This document shows, one piece after another, positions 1 through 8,793 of a stretch of 41,277 nucleotides of DNA. A program made the position numbers and the translations under genes. The stretch comes from Candidatus Micrarchaeota archaeon (GTDB lineage: Archaea; Micrarchaeota; Micrarchaeia; Micrarchaeales; CABMGC01). The notes under the pieces are model-generated. The model was not told the DNA's origin and searched no databases. It worked only from the letters and a program-made list of their open reading frames with translations. Location: NCBI GenBank assembly GCA_027315135.1, contig DAHUYR010000017.1, forward strand, positions 1 through 41,277, read 5' to 3'. Positions within the stretch are counted from its first letter, which is position 1. The number at the start of each line of letters is the position of its first letter.

Positions 1-848
1 ATATCTACGACTTCAGGTATTTTTCTCTCTCCATCATTTACAGTCAAGTCAACTAACCCGTCATGAACAGAAGCATTCTTTACCCAGGAGTGATTTTTCA
101 TAATCTTTTGAAATTTATCAGAGCTGCTGTTTGCCTGCACAGAAATGACGTCTCCCCCTAGCTTGCCTTTGAGCTTATACGGCGTATCAAGGGCAATGAG
201 CTTCCCATGGTCTACAAATGCAACTCTGTTGCACAGGTAATCTGCCTCTTCTATATAATGTGTAGTTAGTATGACTGTTGTGCCATGCTTTTCATTGAGC
301 TTTTTGATATAATCCCATATCTTCCTTCTTGTTTGTGGGTCAAGCCCTACAGTAGGTTCATCCAGGAAAAGTACGGAAGGCTCATGCACAAGTCCACGTG
401 CAATTTCAAGCCTCCTTTTCATACCTCCAGAATAATCCTTGATAAGGATGTCTTTTTTGTCAAGCAACTCAACAAGTTCTAAAACCTCCTTTATCTTTTC
501 AGTGCGCTTCTTTTTATCTATCCTATACAATATCGCATGAAATTCAAGATTCTCCCACCCTGTCAGTTCATCGTCAAGCGAAGGATCCTGGAATATAATC
601 CCTATCTTCTTCCTTACCTCTTTCTGGCTCTTCAAAATCCCATATCCTGCAACAATTGCGCTTCCTGAGGTGGGTGGGATAAGAGTTGTAAGAATCTTTA
701 TGGTCGTGGTCTTTCCAGCTCCATTCGGTCCCAGCAGGCCAAATATCTCTCCCTCTTTAACATCAAAGGATATTCCATCGACTGCTTTTAAGGTTCCAAA
801 GTGCTTGCTTATCTTCTTTGCACTAATAGCGTTATCAACTCCAACCAA
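1..848 (-). CDS. ABC transporter ATP-binding protein (DrrA/multidrug-type), 3' end runs off the window
   Basis: Manual translation from TTG at 848 (GGTGA just upstream): [48 protein letters not shown] (Walker A), [15 protein letters not shown] (signature), [13 protein letters not shown] (Walker B), TTHYIEEAD. Not in the ORF track because it is truncated. Confidence 0.93.
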   Translation of the reverse strand, partial: [282 protein letters not shown]

Positions 849-852
849 AAAA

Positions 853-1305
853 TCACCTTAGTCTCTTAAGCCTCTCAATTATACTATCTATTCTTTTGGC
901 ATGCCTTTTCAATCCCTTACCTCCTGAAGCTATATCCTCCATATACGATATGTTACTTTCTATATTTGTCATCACATCCTCCATCTCTCCAGTCTCTTTT
1001 CCATCTGCTCTTTTGCCTGCAATCTCATACCTTCCATCACTTCTCTTCTTTACAAGCCCTTCTTTTGTAAGTTCGTCAAGCAATGGATATATCGAACCTG
1101 GGGAAGGTCTCCACCATCCTCTGCTCCTTTCCTCGAGCTTGTCCATTATCTCAACACCTTTCATTGGATTCTCTTCAAGTATTGCAAGAACAGTCGGTCT
1201 TATCCAACCCCTCTGCCCCATCCAGCTTCTCTTGAAAAACGCCTGTTGTTTCATATGCTGTCTTATTAATTCATGCTTAAAAGATTCTTTGCCTTCTTTG
1301 TCCAT
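853..1305 (-). CDS. PadR-family transcriptional regulator
   Basis: ILEENPMKGVEIMDKLEERSRGWWRPSPGSIYPLLDELTKEGLV is the PadR wHTH motif; directly upstream of the ABC ATPase; start at ATG 1305 or GTG 1314. Confidence 0.92.
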   Translation of the reverse strand: MDKEGKESFKHELIRQHMKQQAFFKRSWMGQRGWIRPTVLAILEENPMKGVEIMDKLEERSRGWWRPSPGSIYPLLDELTKEGLVKKRSDGRYEIAGKRADGKETGEMEDVMTNIESNISYMEDIASGGKGLKRHAKRIDSIIERLKRLR

Positions 1306-1321
1306 ACAAATCACTTATCAG

Positions 1322-1339
1322 TTATATGATATCGTATAA
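1322..1339. promoter_or_regulatory. Imperfect palindrome, putative PadR operator
   Basis: TTATATGATATCGTATAA (16/18 symmetric) just upstream of the padR start in the divergent intergenic region. Confidence 0.45.
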
Positions 1340-1400
1340 ACGATACTCTTATATAAACATTCGTATTTTTAAATACTCACAACCAAACAGGACTGTTCCA

Positions 1401-1934
1401 ATGAATGCAACCTCAAATTATACTGGATTTCCAGTAGGCGCAACGCCCACAGGTACTTCCGGAGACATATTCATACTGGCAATAGTGTTGATAATGTCAG
1501 TAAGGGTATTCAGAGGGATGAAAGGGACAAAGTTCAGCATGTACAGAGTAATTGGAATTCCTATACTCTATATGCTGATAACTATCGGGTCCATTGCCTA
1601 TTCAACTATGACCTCTACGGAATATGCGATAGCGATAGTTGCGTTCGCCATAGGCGCACTGCTCGGCACCAGATTCGGCAAGTCTACAAAGTTCTTTGAC
1701 AAGGATGAACAGACGTATTATAAGAGATCAGCAGTGGTGATAACCGTATGGCTTGTCTCATTTGCATTTAGGGACATAATTCCAATGATAGTCACAAATG
1801 TCCCATGGTTGACAGTAGCTGTTAATATGGTGCTTGCACTTACTACAGGTATGATAATTGGCGAATCCATTCATATTTATCGGGAATACAAATCGCCTAT
1901 GGACAGAAGGAATGTGAAAAGAGGGAAAACGTAA
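1401..1934 (+). CDS. Integral membrane protein, CcdC/DUF1453-like
   Basis: About five hydrophobic segments; GTRFGKSTKFFDKDEQTYYKRS...WLVSFAFR pattern resembles the DUF1453/CcdC family; likely ATG at 1401. Confidence 0.65.
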   Translation: MNATSNYTGFPVGATPTGTSGDIFILAIVLIMSVRVFRGMKGTKFSMYRVIGIPILYMLITIGSIAYSTMTSTEYAIAIVAFAIGALLGTRFGKSTKFFDKDEQTYYKRSAVVITVWLVSFAFRDIIPMIVTNVPWLTVAVNMVLALTTGMIIGESIHIYREYKSPMDRRNVKRGKT

Positions 1935-1957
1935 ATATCTCTGTCAAAGGCGACTTA

Positions 1958-2698
1958 ATGATAATAGACTCACATGTGCATATAGGTGCAGACGCTGACG
2001 GATCTGCGCAAAAGCTCCAGAGGCTCAAAAGAAACATGCATGCTTACGGGATAGACAAGTCTGCAATCTTTCCATTCAATGAGAAAAGCGACCTGGTAAA
2101 AGCAAGCATAAAACTCCTTGAGCATAAGGATCAGTCTATGCTTCCATTCCTCAGATTTGACCCCAAGGTAATCGATACAGAACAGCTTGAGCATCTCCTT
2201 GACTACGGCTTCTATGGAGTAAAGCTTCATCCTAGGGCCCAGAACTTTGACCCTATCGATAAAAAATACTATGGACTGTATAAGAAGATTGAGGATTCAG
2301 GCAAGCCTCTGCTTATCCATGCGCGGAAGTATGATACATTTACGAGGATAATGCTTAAGACAAATGGCAAATACTCGGATCCTGACAGGATAGTAGGACT
2401 AGCAAAAATATTCCCAAATATGAATATAATAATAGCTCATTTTGCAAACCTCTCCAGAGATGCCCTAAACGTAATTGCAAAGGAAGACAATCTTTATGTA
2501 GAAACATCTATTTTTGGAACAACATATGTTGTTAAGATGATGTGCAAAAACCTAGGTGCGGACAAAATAATATTCGGATCAGATGCTCCATATTCTGACC
2601 AGGAGATAGAAATGCTCAAAATAAAGAAGGCAGATATAAGCAGATCTGAGAAGGAGAAGATATTCTCTGGAAACATAAAGAAGCTCCTTTCAAGATAA
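1958..2698 (+). CDS. Amidohydrolase-family (TIM-barrel) metal-dependent hydrolase
   Basis: IIDSHVH, GVKLHP, LLIH, IIAHF, YVETS, IFGSDAP motifs. Confidence 0.9.
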   Translation: MIIDSHVHIGADADGSAQKLQRLKRNMHAYGIDKSAIFPFNEKSDLVKASIKLLEHKDQSMLPFLRFDPKVIDTEQLEHLLDYGFYGVKLHPRAQNFDPIDKKYYGLYKKIEDSGKPLLIHARKYDTFTRIMLKTNGKYSDPDRIVGLAKIFPNMNIIIAHFANLSRDALNVIAKEDNLYVETSIFGTTYVVKMMCKNLGADKIIFGSDAPYSDQEIEMLKIKKADISRSEKEKIFSGNIKKLLSR

Positions 2699-2838
2699 AA
2701 ACAACCAAACATTAACTGTAATATTGCCATCTGAAGAATGCAGCTATGCGTATTCTACAGCTAAGCCTATAACTCCATCAAGAAATCCTAATGGCAAATA
2801 ATCAGCATATTGGAATACGCATGCTATTATGTCGTATA

Positions 2839-3450
2839 TCACTGGCTATTGTTCCTGGCATTCTTCATTGCTTTCGCTGTCCAGACTAGATCATTCACAA
2901 AGTCTGCAAGATGGTCAGGGCCCATACCTTTCCTCAAAGGTGCAAAGAGCTCTGCATTAGATATGTCCTTATTTTGCCAGGTCTTCATTATGAAGTCCCA
3001 GTTAATATGTACAGATTTACGTATCGGCGCCATGTTAAGTTCTATCGCTACCTCACGGAGCTGTTCAATTGCCCTTGCTCCAGATGCACTTCCATAGCTG
3101 ACAAATCCGACAGCCTTTCTGGACCATTCAGGAGAAAGCCAGTCCAAAGCATTCTTCAGCACTGAAGAATAACCATGATTGTATTCAGGAGAGATGATTA
3201 TGAAGGCATCTGCATTGTCAACTTTTGCAGACCATTTCTGCACATTCTCATTTTGGTACTTCTTTTCCATCATTGATGGAGAGGTTGGAGAATCAAAGAA
3301 AGGCATAGGGTAATCCTTAAGATCTACAAAGTCAACATCTACTCCTTCCCAAGTCTTCAGTTCTTCATTTATCCATTTTGCAGGTCGCTCTCCAAATCTT
3401 CCGTTCCTTATGCTTCCCAGTATTATACATATCTTTATTTTGTTTTCCAT
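2839..3450 (-). CDS. NADPH-dependent FMN reductase (SsuE/ChrR-like flavodoxin fold)
   Basis: ILGSIRNGRFG, SPEYNHGYSSVLKNALDWL, VSYGSASGARAIEQLR; likely start ATG 3450 (MENKIK). Confidence 0.92.
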   Translation of the reverse strand: MENKIKICIILGSIRNGRFGERPAKWINEELKTWEGVDVDFVDLKDYPMPFFDSPTSPSMMEKKYQNENVQKWSAKVDNADAFIIISPEYNHGYSSVLKNALDWLSPEWSRKAVGFVSYGSASGARAIEQLREVAIELNMAPIRKSVHINWDFIMKTWQNKDISNAELFAPLRKGMGPDHLADFVNDLVWTAKAMKNARNNSQ

Positions 3451-3647
3451 TATTCTCACTACTATTAGTATTTTCCAATTCAAGTATTCTATTATATTTA
3501 ACAGCACAAAGTATATAATATAGTATGTCCTATAGGTGACTTTTTACTACACGTAGATTCGTATAAACTTTTATACCGGTGTCTATGCCAACCCGCACCC
3601 AGATTCACTTGCGGATTTGTTGCCTGCTTTGATGAGAGCTTTCTGAT

Positions 3648-3670
3648 TAAACTCTTTCCCAAAGAGTTTA
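3648..3670. repeat. Perfect 10-bp hairpin immediately 3' of tRNA-Ala(CGC)
   Basis: TAAACTCTTT-CCC-AAAGAGTTTA. Confidence 0.75.
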
Positions 3671-3671
3671 T

Positions 3672-3782
3672 TGGACTCGGCGGGAATCGCACCCGCGGCC
3701 TTTCCGTTTTTCGGAAGTTTCGACGAAACCCTTTCTAAGGGTTTCCTGCGAACGGAACGCTCTGCTCCTGAGCTACGAGCCC
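3672..3782 (-). tRNA. tRNA-Ala(CGC) with a 39-nt intron at position 37/38 (intron 3708-3746)
   Basis: Minus strand GGGCTCG-TA-GCTC AGGAGCA GAGC-G-TTCCG TT CGC A [intron] A CGGAA-AGGCC-GCGGG TGCGATT CCCGC-CGAGTCC-A; G3:U70 Ala identity pair; exon TTCG(32-35) pairs with intron CGAA, giving a bulge-helix-bulge; no encoded CCA. Confidence 0.93.
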
Positions 3783-3822
3783 ATGTAACGCTATATTAAC
3801 CTTTGTTTATATTAATTTGTTT

Positions 3823-5199
3823 ATGGCGCCAACCACAGAAAAAAAGGCAAAGGGTATATTCGATTCTGTGTTAAAAGACATAAAACCTACTCCTAATGAT
3901 GTAAAAGAGATGACTGCAAGCGTCAATCTGCTCATGGACAAGCTCGCCGCGATAACCGGGAAAGGTGTGGAACTAAAGGTTGCAGGTTCGATAGCAAAGG
4001 GAACATACCTGAAAGGCGACGCCGATGTAGACATCTTTATGCTCTTCAAGAAAGGAACAAGCAAGCAGCATCTTGAGAAAAAGGCAATAGAGTACGGCAA
4101 GAAGCTGATAACTGCCAAATCCGATTATTACAGGATAAAATATGCTGAGCATCCATACATAAGGGTATATCTTAACTCAATAAAAGTTAATGCCGACCTT
4201 GTACCAGCAACAAAAATAAGCGATCCAGAAGAACTTGCAACTACTGTTGACCGAACTCCCTTCCATACTAAATTCATACTCTCAAATATGACGGAAAAGC
4301 AGAAAGACGATACAAGAGTGCTGAAAGCACTGCTGAAGGCGCACAACATATACGGGGCAGAGGTAAAAATAAGCGGATTTTCAGGATACCTGTGCGAGCT
4401 TCTCATCCACCACTTTGGCTCTCTACACAATTTGCTCAGGTATATGTCACGCGCACAGGATTACGTGATACTATTTCCCAAAGACAGAACCGAGGGAGAT
4501 ATTGGATATACAAAGCGGTTCCACACCAACTTTATAGTTATAGATCCGGTGGACAAGAACAGGAATGTGGCAGCAGGCGTTTCCCAGGAGTCCTTATCCA
4601 GATTTGTCATTATTTCTAAGAAGTTCATGACAAATCCTTCTATAGAATTCTTCAACAAAGGAAAAGCAAATGCACAAGCGGGGAAAACCTTATCGTCTTT
4701 TATAAAAGAATCTGCTTTAGATGTCCATGCATTGGTTGTAAAGACTGATGACAAAAGCGAAGATGTCGTGTGGCCTCAGCTTCGCAAGGCTGCAAATATA
4801 ATCAGCAACAGGGCGACGCAGCTTGGATTCAGGATATACTTACACTCAGAAACTATAAACAAGAATGAAGGCATAATTGTATTTGTTACTCCTAAAGAGC
4901 AGATAGGATCCAGGATAATAAAAGGTCCGAAGGCAAACCTCGGCGATGCACCACTAAGATTTATCGAAGCACACAGGAAGGCAATTGGTTTTCTGGCTGA
5001 AGGTGATACTATAAACGCAATGGAGAAAAGTGAGTATAAAACCTTCTCCGATTTGCTTGCAGAAGTATCGAAAGGCAGACAGGTGCTTATCAAGAACGGC
5101 GCTTCGGTAAAAGGTGCAAAAGTATTTCTGAATGAAAAAATCCCTGCAAAATACTCTTCAATAATCTATGCTGATCTTTCAAAAAAACTGAGGATCTGA
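3823..5199 (+). CDS. cca: Archaeal (class I) CCA-adding tRNA nucleotidyltransferase
   Basis: GSIAKGTYLKGDADVDIF, YAEHPY, VDRTPFH, YGAEVKISGFSGYLCELL, DPVDKNRNVAA. Confidence 0.96.
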   Translation: MAPTTEKKAKGIFDSVLKDIKPTPNDVKEMTASVNLLMDKLAAITGKGVELKVAGSIAKGTYLKGDADVDIFMLFKKGTSKQHLEKKAIEYGKKLITAKSDYYRIKYAEHPYIRVYLNSIKVNADLVPATKISDPEELATTVDRTPFHTKFILSNMTEKQKDDTRVLKALLKAHNIYGAEVKISGFSGYLCELLIHHFGSLHNLLRYMSRAQDYVILFPKDRTEGDIGYTKRFHTNFIVIDPVDKNRNVAAGVSQESLSRFVIISKKFMTNPSIEFFNKGKANAQAGKTLSSFIKESALDVHALVVKTDDKSEDVVWPQLRKAANIISNRATQLGFRIYLHSETINKNEGIIVFVTPKEQIGSRIIKGPKANLGDAPLRFIEAHRKAIGFLAEGDTINAMEKSEYKTFSDLLAEVSKGRQVLIKNGASVKGAKVFLNEKIPAKYSSIIYADLSKKLRI

Positions 5200-5200
5200 A

Positions 5201-5761
5201 TCACGCAAGGAAATTCTTGTTTTTCTTTATCAGTTTCAGGAGCTCAGGAATTAAGTCTATGCTCTCTCCATTGCGCCTGCCGTATCTTAATACTCTGAGC
5301 GCTTCTGCATTTGCAGTTCTCCCTCCTGCGATTTCATATACTTTCTTGTAATTCTTCCTTGAATTGCTGCCGCAAAGGTCAATCGCCTCACTTATGATAT
5401 TGTCACGCAGTTTATCAAAATGATACTTCCTTTTCTCAAGCCGTTTTATCAGGACTGGAAGATGTTCTCTGATTACTATAACTGCTGCTCCGCCTACTTT
5501 TATCTCGGACAGAAGATGCCCTTCCAATACGAGTGCTTTTTTCTCCCGTGAATATTTCCTTGCAATCCCATTAACTACCTTCTCAAGCCTCTTTATGTCA
5601 ATTATGCTTGTGCCAAACTTGTCCTTTGCAATCACCAGGTTGTGTTTTGTTGCAATCTCGTTAGCTCCAATCACATCTGCGCCAATCTTATCTCCAAGAT
5701 GCTTTGCAAGAGTGCTCTTTCCCGTCCCTGGGGTGCCTGTTATCACAATAAGTCTTTCCAT
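5201..5761 (-). CDS. AK6/Fap7-type adenylate kinase (P-loop NMP kinase)
   Basis: ITGTPGTGKST, VLEGHL, RLEKRKY...KLRDNIISE typical of archaeal AK6. Confidence 0.88.
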   Translation of the reverse strand: MERLIVITGTPGTGKSTLAKHLGDKIGADVIGANEIATKHNLVIAKDKFGTSIIDIKRLEKVVNGIARKYSREKKALVLEGHLLSEIKVGGAAVIVIREHLPVLIKRLEKRKYHFDKLRDNIISEAIDLCGSNSRKNYKKVYEIAGGRTANAEALRVLRYGRRNGESIDLIPELLKLIKKNKNFLA

Positions 5762-5775
5762 AAAAGCATTCTTTG

Positions 5776-6378
5776 TTACTTTACACTGAACTCTGCATAT
5801 ATGCTCTCAAGAACTGCCTTTATCTCGTCCCTCGCCATGTTCATGACTATTATCTCACTTACAGGGGGACGGATACTTATCATATACTTGCTTCTTCCAG
5901 AGAAGAGCCATGAGCCTACTATATAATCTCCATAGCTCGTAGACAGGTCAGCTATGTAATCCGATATATTTATCATTCGGGTAACAAGCTGGTCAATTGA
6001 TGCATCATAACCTTCTATTATTATCTCTTCTCTTTCCGAAACATCCACGAACGCTGGCTTCACAAAAGGTACTTGCGCTATAGATGCCTTTGTTTTTATC
6101 GCCTGCACTATTTTTTTGGAATCCTGATCTATTACAGCAAGATTGTTTTGCAATGCCTTTTCATCATCTCTCCTGCTTGCTATCTGCCCGTCAATAAAGC
6201 TGTCAACATCCTCTTCCATCGACTTTATCTTTTCTGCTATCTTGGGATTGTCGGCGTAGTTGGCAGGCTCCTTCAGCAGCTCCTCAAAATCTATGCTGTA
6301 CTTCTTCCTTATAACTGGCGTTATCCGAGCAACATATCTCAAAGAATCCTCGCCTAGCACATCGCTTAATTCTGCCAT
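5776..6378 (-). CDS. Hypothetical protein
   Basis: 200-aa ORF with ATG, protein-like composition, 14 nt upstream of the AK6 gene on the same strand; no recognised motif. Confidence 0.75.
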   Translation of the reverse strand: MAELSDVLGEDSLRYVARITPVIRKKYSIDFEELLKEPANYADNPKIAEKIKSMEEDVDSFIDGQIASRRDDEKALQNNLAVIDQDSKKIVQAIKTKASIAQVPFVKPAFVDVSEREEIIIEGYDASIDQLVTRMINISDYIADLSTSYGDYIVGSWLFSGRSKYMISIRPPVSEIIVMNMARDEIKAVLESIYAEFSVK

Positions 6379-6467
6379 AAAAATATACCTAATAACAGAA
6401 TGTTTTAAGGTTTATTAAGTCAACGCATCACAGAAAGGATGTTATACATTATTGCACATGTTGTATT

Positions 6468-7394
6468 ATGGACCCAGAAGCTAGAAAACTTGAATTTTCA
6501 TATAAATATCCGTTTTCAAAGACTGCCCTAGACATAATAGGCAGTGCTTCATCATCCATAGAGGAAAAATACCTGAGGCTTGGCAAGCTCAGGCTTGAAG
6601 AGGATCTTCACAAGCGAAATCCTGAATTTGCAGAAGTCAGGCTTAATGAGATTAAAAAATCCATAGTCATAAGCTATGTCTATTCAAGGATGTTGGCAAG
6701 CGCTCTGAATGACAGGTATCTGCTTAACATATACATAAATGCAGAGAGCAATAGAGTAAGGTCTGCATTGTCATCCGAGGATACTTCCAGAATCATGGAA
6801 TTATCAAAAGAGCTGGAAATACCTGTGCTGCATGAAAGCGGAACCCTTGCGATAAAGTTCGAACAGTTCCTAATGAATAAGCGGAAAGGATCCGGCCTAT
6901 CTCTGGTCAACAGAAACCTTGACAGGGGTAACGTTTATCTTTCTCAGGCAGAGCTGTCAGAGATTATTGCAGAGGCAGCGAGGAAGAAGATAGCGATGAA
7001 CCTGCCTATAAATCCAAAAAAGCTGCCAAAAGAGGTAATAGAATATGCCAAGGGCATCAAAAGACCTGTTAGAAAGGTAAAGGTACAGACAGGAGGCAAG
7101 GTCTACAGGTGGATAGAAAAAATACTTGAAACGCCGATACATGACATCAGGCACCGCACCGTAAACCTGATACTTGCCCCGTATCTTATAAACGTGAGGA
7201 ATATGCCTGAAGCAGATGCTGCAAAGATAATTGTCGAGTACATAGAGAAATGCAAAGAGCTCAATCCTGACACGAATGTAAACCAGTCATACATAACCTA
7301 CCAATGCAAATATGCAAAGTCGAAGGGACTGAAGCCTCTTTCTCTGAAGAGAGCCAAAGAGCTGTATGCCGGAACGCTTGATTTAGGTGAGTAA
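6468..7394 (+). CDS. priL: DNA primase large subunit N-terminal domain fused to a PriX-like C-terminal domain
   Basis: KYPFS and LSLVNRNLDRGNVYL (PriL NTD); C-terminus YRWIEKILETPIHDIRHRTVNLILAPYLINV...GLKPLSL resembles PriX; no Fe-S cysteine set or PPC motif. Confidence 0.8.
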   Translation: MDPEARKLEFSYKYPFSKTALDIIGSASSSIEEKYLRLGKLRLEEDLHKRNPEFAEVRLNEIKKSIVISYVYSRMLASALNDRYLLNIYINAESNRVRSALSSEDTSRIMELSKELEIPVLHESGTLAIKFEQFLMNKRKGSGLSLVNRNLDRGNVYLSQAELSEIIAEAARKKIAMNLPINPKKLPKEVIEYAKGIKRPVRKVKVQTGGKVYRWIEKILETPIHDIRHRTVNLILAPYLINVRNMPEADAAKIIVEYIEKCKELNPDTNVNQSYITYQCKYAKSKGLKPLSLKRAKELYAGTLDLGE

Positions 7395-7547
7395 ATGGAT
7401 AAGAGTACACTATGCCATATTTGCGGGAAGATAGCATCACATGTATGTCCATTATGCGGAAAACATGTATGCGGTGCACATTTAGATGATAAACAAGGCG
7501 TATGCACATCATGCATGCATGGTAAAAGAATCGGGTTGAAAAGCTGA
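7395..7547 (+). CDS. 50-aa Cys/His-rich zinc-finger microprotein
   Basis: Manual translation MDKSTLCHICGKIASHVCPLCGKHVCGAHLDDKQGVCTSCMHGKRIGLKS; ATG directly follows the priL TAA, GGTGA upstream. Confidence 0.85.
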   Translation: MDKSTLCHICGKIASHVCPLCGKHVCGAHLDDKQGVCTSCMHGKRIGLKS

Positions 7548-7808
7548 AACCTGGAAATCCCGTGCCGAGGTCCCTTTGGGAAACGACCTTCCGTTCTGGG
7601 CTTTTACAGGCAGGCCAACTTCCTCAGCTATCCTGGTAAGCTCGGAAGCATCTATCAGCCTATCTGTAAACAGTTCATAATACTCGACCTCGCCTGCTTT
7701 CTCCTTCGCAACCGTGAAGGTGAGCTTCTGGTACATCCCGCTCCTAATCACCCTTATCTTTATCTCCCCTGCACTTATTATCCTGGCAGCCTTTTCAGAA
7801 AACGTCAT
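7509..7808 (-). CDS. Hypothetical protein
   Basis: 99-aa ORF with GGAG upstream of ATG, divergent from nuoA; 3' end overlaps the zinc-finger ORF by 39 nt. Confidence 0.7.
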   Translation of the reverse strand: MTFSEKAARIISAGEIKIRVIRSGMYQKLTFTVAKEKAGEVEYYELFTDRLIDASELTRIAEEVGLPVKAQNGRSFPKGTSARDFQVSAFQPDSFTMHA

Positions 7809-7862
7809 TGTCTCCCTAGTTTAACTATAAAATATTAAAGCTATCATAACGATAATATTATT

Positions 7863-8216
7863 ATGTATTCAGTCTATCTCGCGCTTTTAGTATTCATGCT
7901 GTTCGCGCTGGTAGTACCATTTGTCATGATATTCAGCTCTATTATCATAAGGAACAGGAAAAAATCTAACAGGGTAAGAAATGCTTCCTTCGAGAGCGCT
8001 GAGGCAAGCGTCGGGTCAAGGATAAGCATAATGAACGAATACATGCACTATTTCTCAGTATTCGTTGCGTTTGATATACTCATAGCAATAATACTGACAT
8101 GGACATACTCTGCAAGCCTGCTATCCAGCACTACGGACATGCTGATACTGATGCTGCCCGTTGCTGGTTTCATAATGGTCGTTATCACGCTTGCCATGGC
8201 AAAGTTTACGAAGTGA
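7863..8216 (+). CDS. nuoA: Complex I-like subunit A
   Basis: Three TMs, FESAE loop, FVAFDI; first gene of the operon. Confidence 0.88.
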   Translation: MYSVYLALLVFMLFALVVPFVMIFSSIIIRNRKKSNRVRNASFESAEASVGSRISIMNEYMHYFSVFVAFDILIAIILTWTYSASLLSSTTDMLILMLPVAGFIMVVITLAMAKFTK

Positions 8217-8220
8217 ATTG

Positions 8221-8793
8221 ATGACAGAAGAATATACTGAAGAGGAATTTAAGATTGCAAAAAAAGAGATGGACCAGCTGGTCTACGAATCTCTTAAAGA
8301 CAAGGATGTAAAGCCGAATGTGATGTTTGCAAAGACATCTGAAATATTAAGAGCTCTGAAACTCTCAAAAGGAATGATAAAATGGGCCAGGGTAAACTCC
8401 CTATGGCCGATGCAGTTCGGGCTTGCATGCTGCGCTATAGAACTCATGGGCTTCGGCTCAGCGCGGATAGATGCCGAACGTAAGGGATACCTACTTTTCA
8501 GAGGCACGCCCAGGCAGGCTGACGTGATGGTTGTAGCAGGATGGGTAACAAAATCAGCCGTTCCAGAGATAAAAAGACTCTATGAACAGATGACTGAGCC
8601 GAGATATGTGGTTGCATTCGGGGAGTGTGCAACATGCGGAGGTCCATGGTTTGAAAGCTACAACATAGTGCGTGGAATAGACCAGGTCCTCCCTGTAGAC
8701 GTATATGTTGCAGGATGCCCTCCAAAGCCAGAAAACCTTTTCGAGGCACTGATGAAACTACAAGCTAAAATAAGTGGTAAGATTGAAGATTAA
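8221..8793 (+). CDS. nuoB: Complex I-like subunit B (Fe-S cluster N2)
   Basis: FGLACCAIEL, PRQADVMVVAG, GECATCGG, VAGCPPKPE. Confidence 0.96.
   Translation: MTEEYTEEEFKIAKKEMDQLVYESLKDKDVKPNVMFAKTSEILRALKLSKGMIKWARVNSLWPMQFGLACCAIELMGFGSARIDAERKGYLLFRGTPRQADVMVVAGWVTKSAVPEIKRLYEQMTEPRYVVAFGECATCGGPWFESYNIVRGIDQVLPVDVYVAGCPPKPENLFEALMKLQAKISGKIED

Noticed and set aside
3629-3646. C/D-box sRNA (TGATGA...CTGA)
   Set aside because: Only 7 nt between boxes and no second box pair; too short for a guide.
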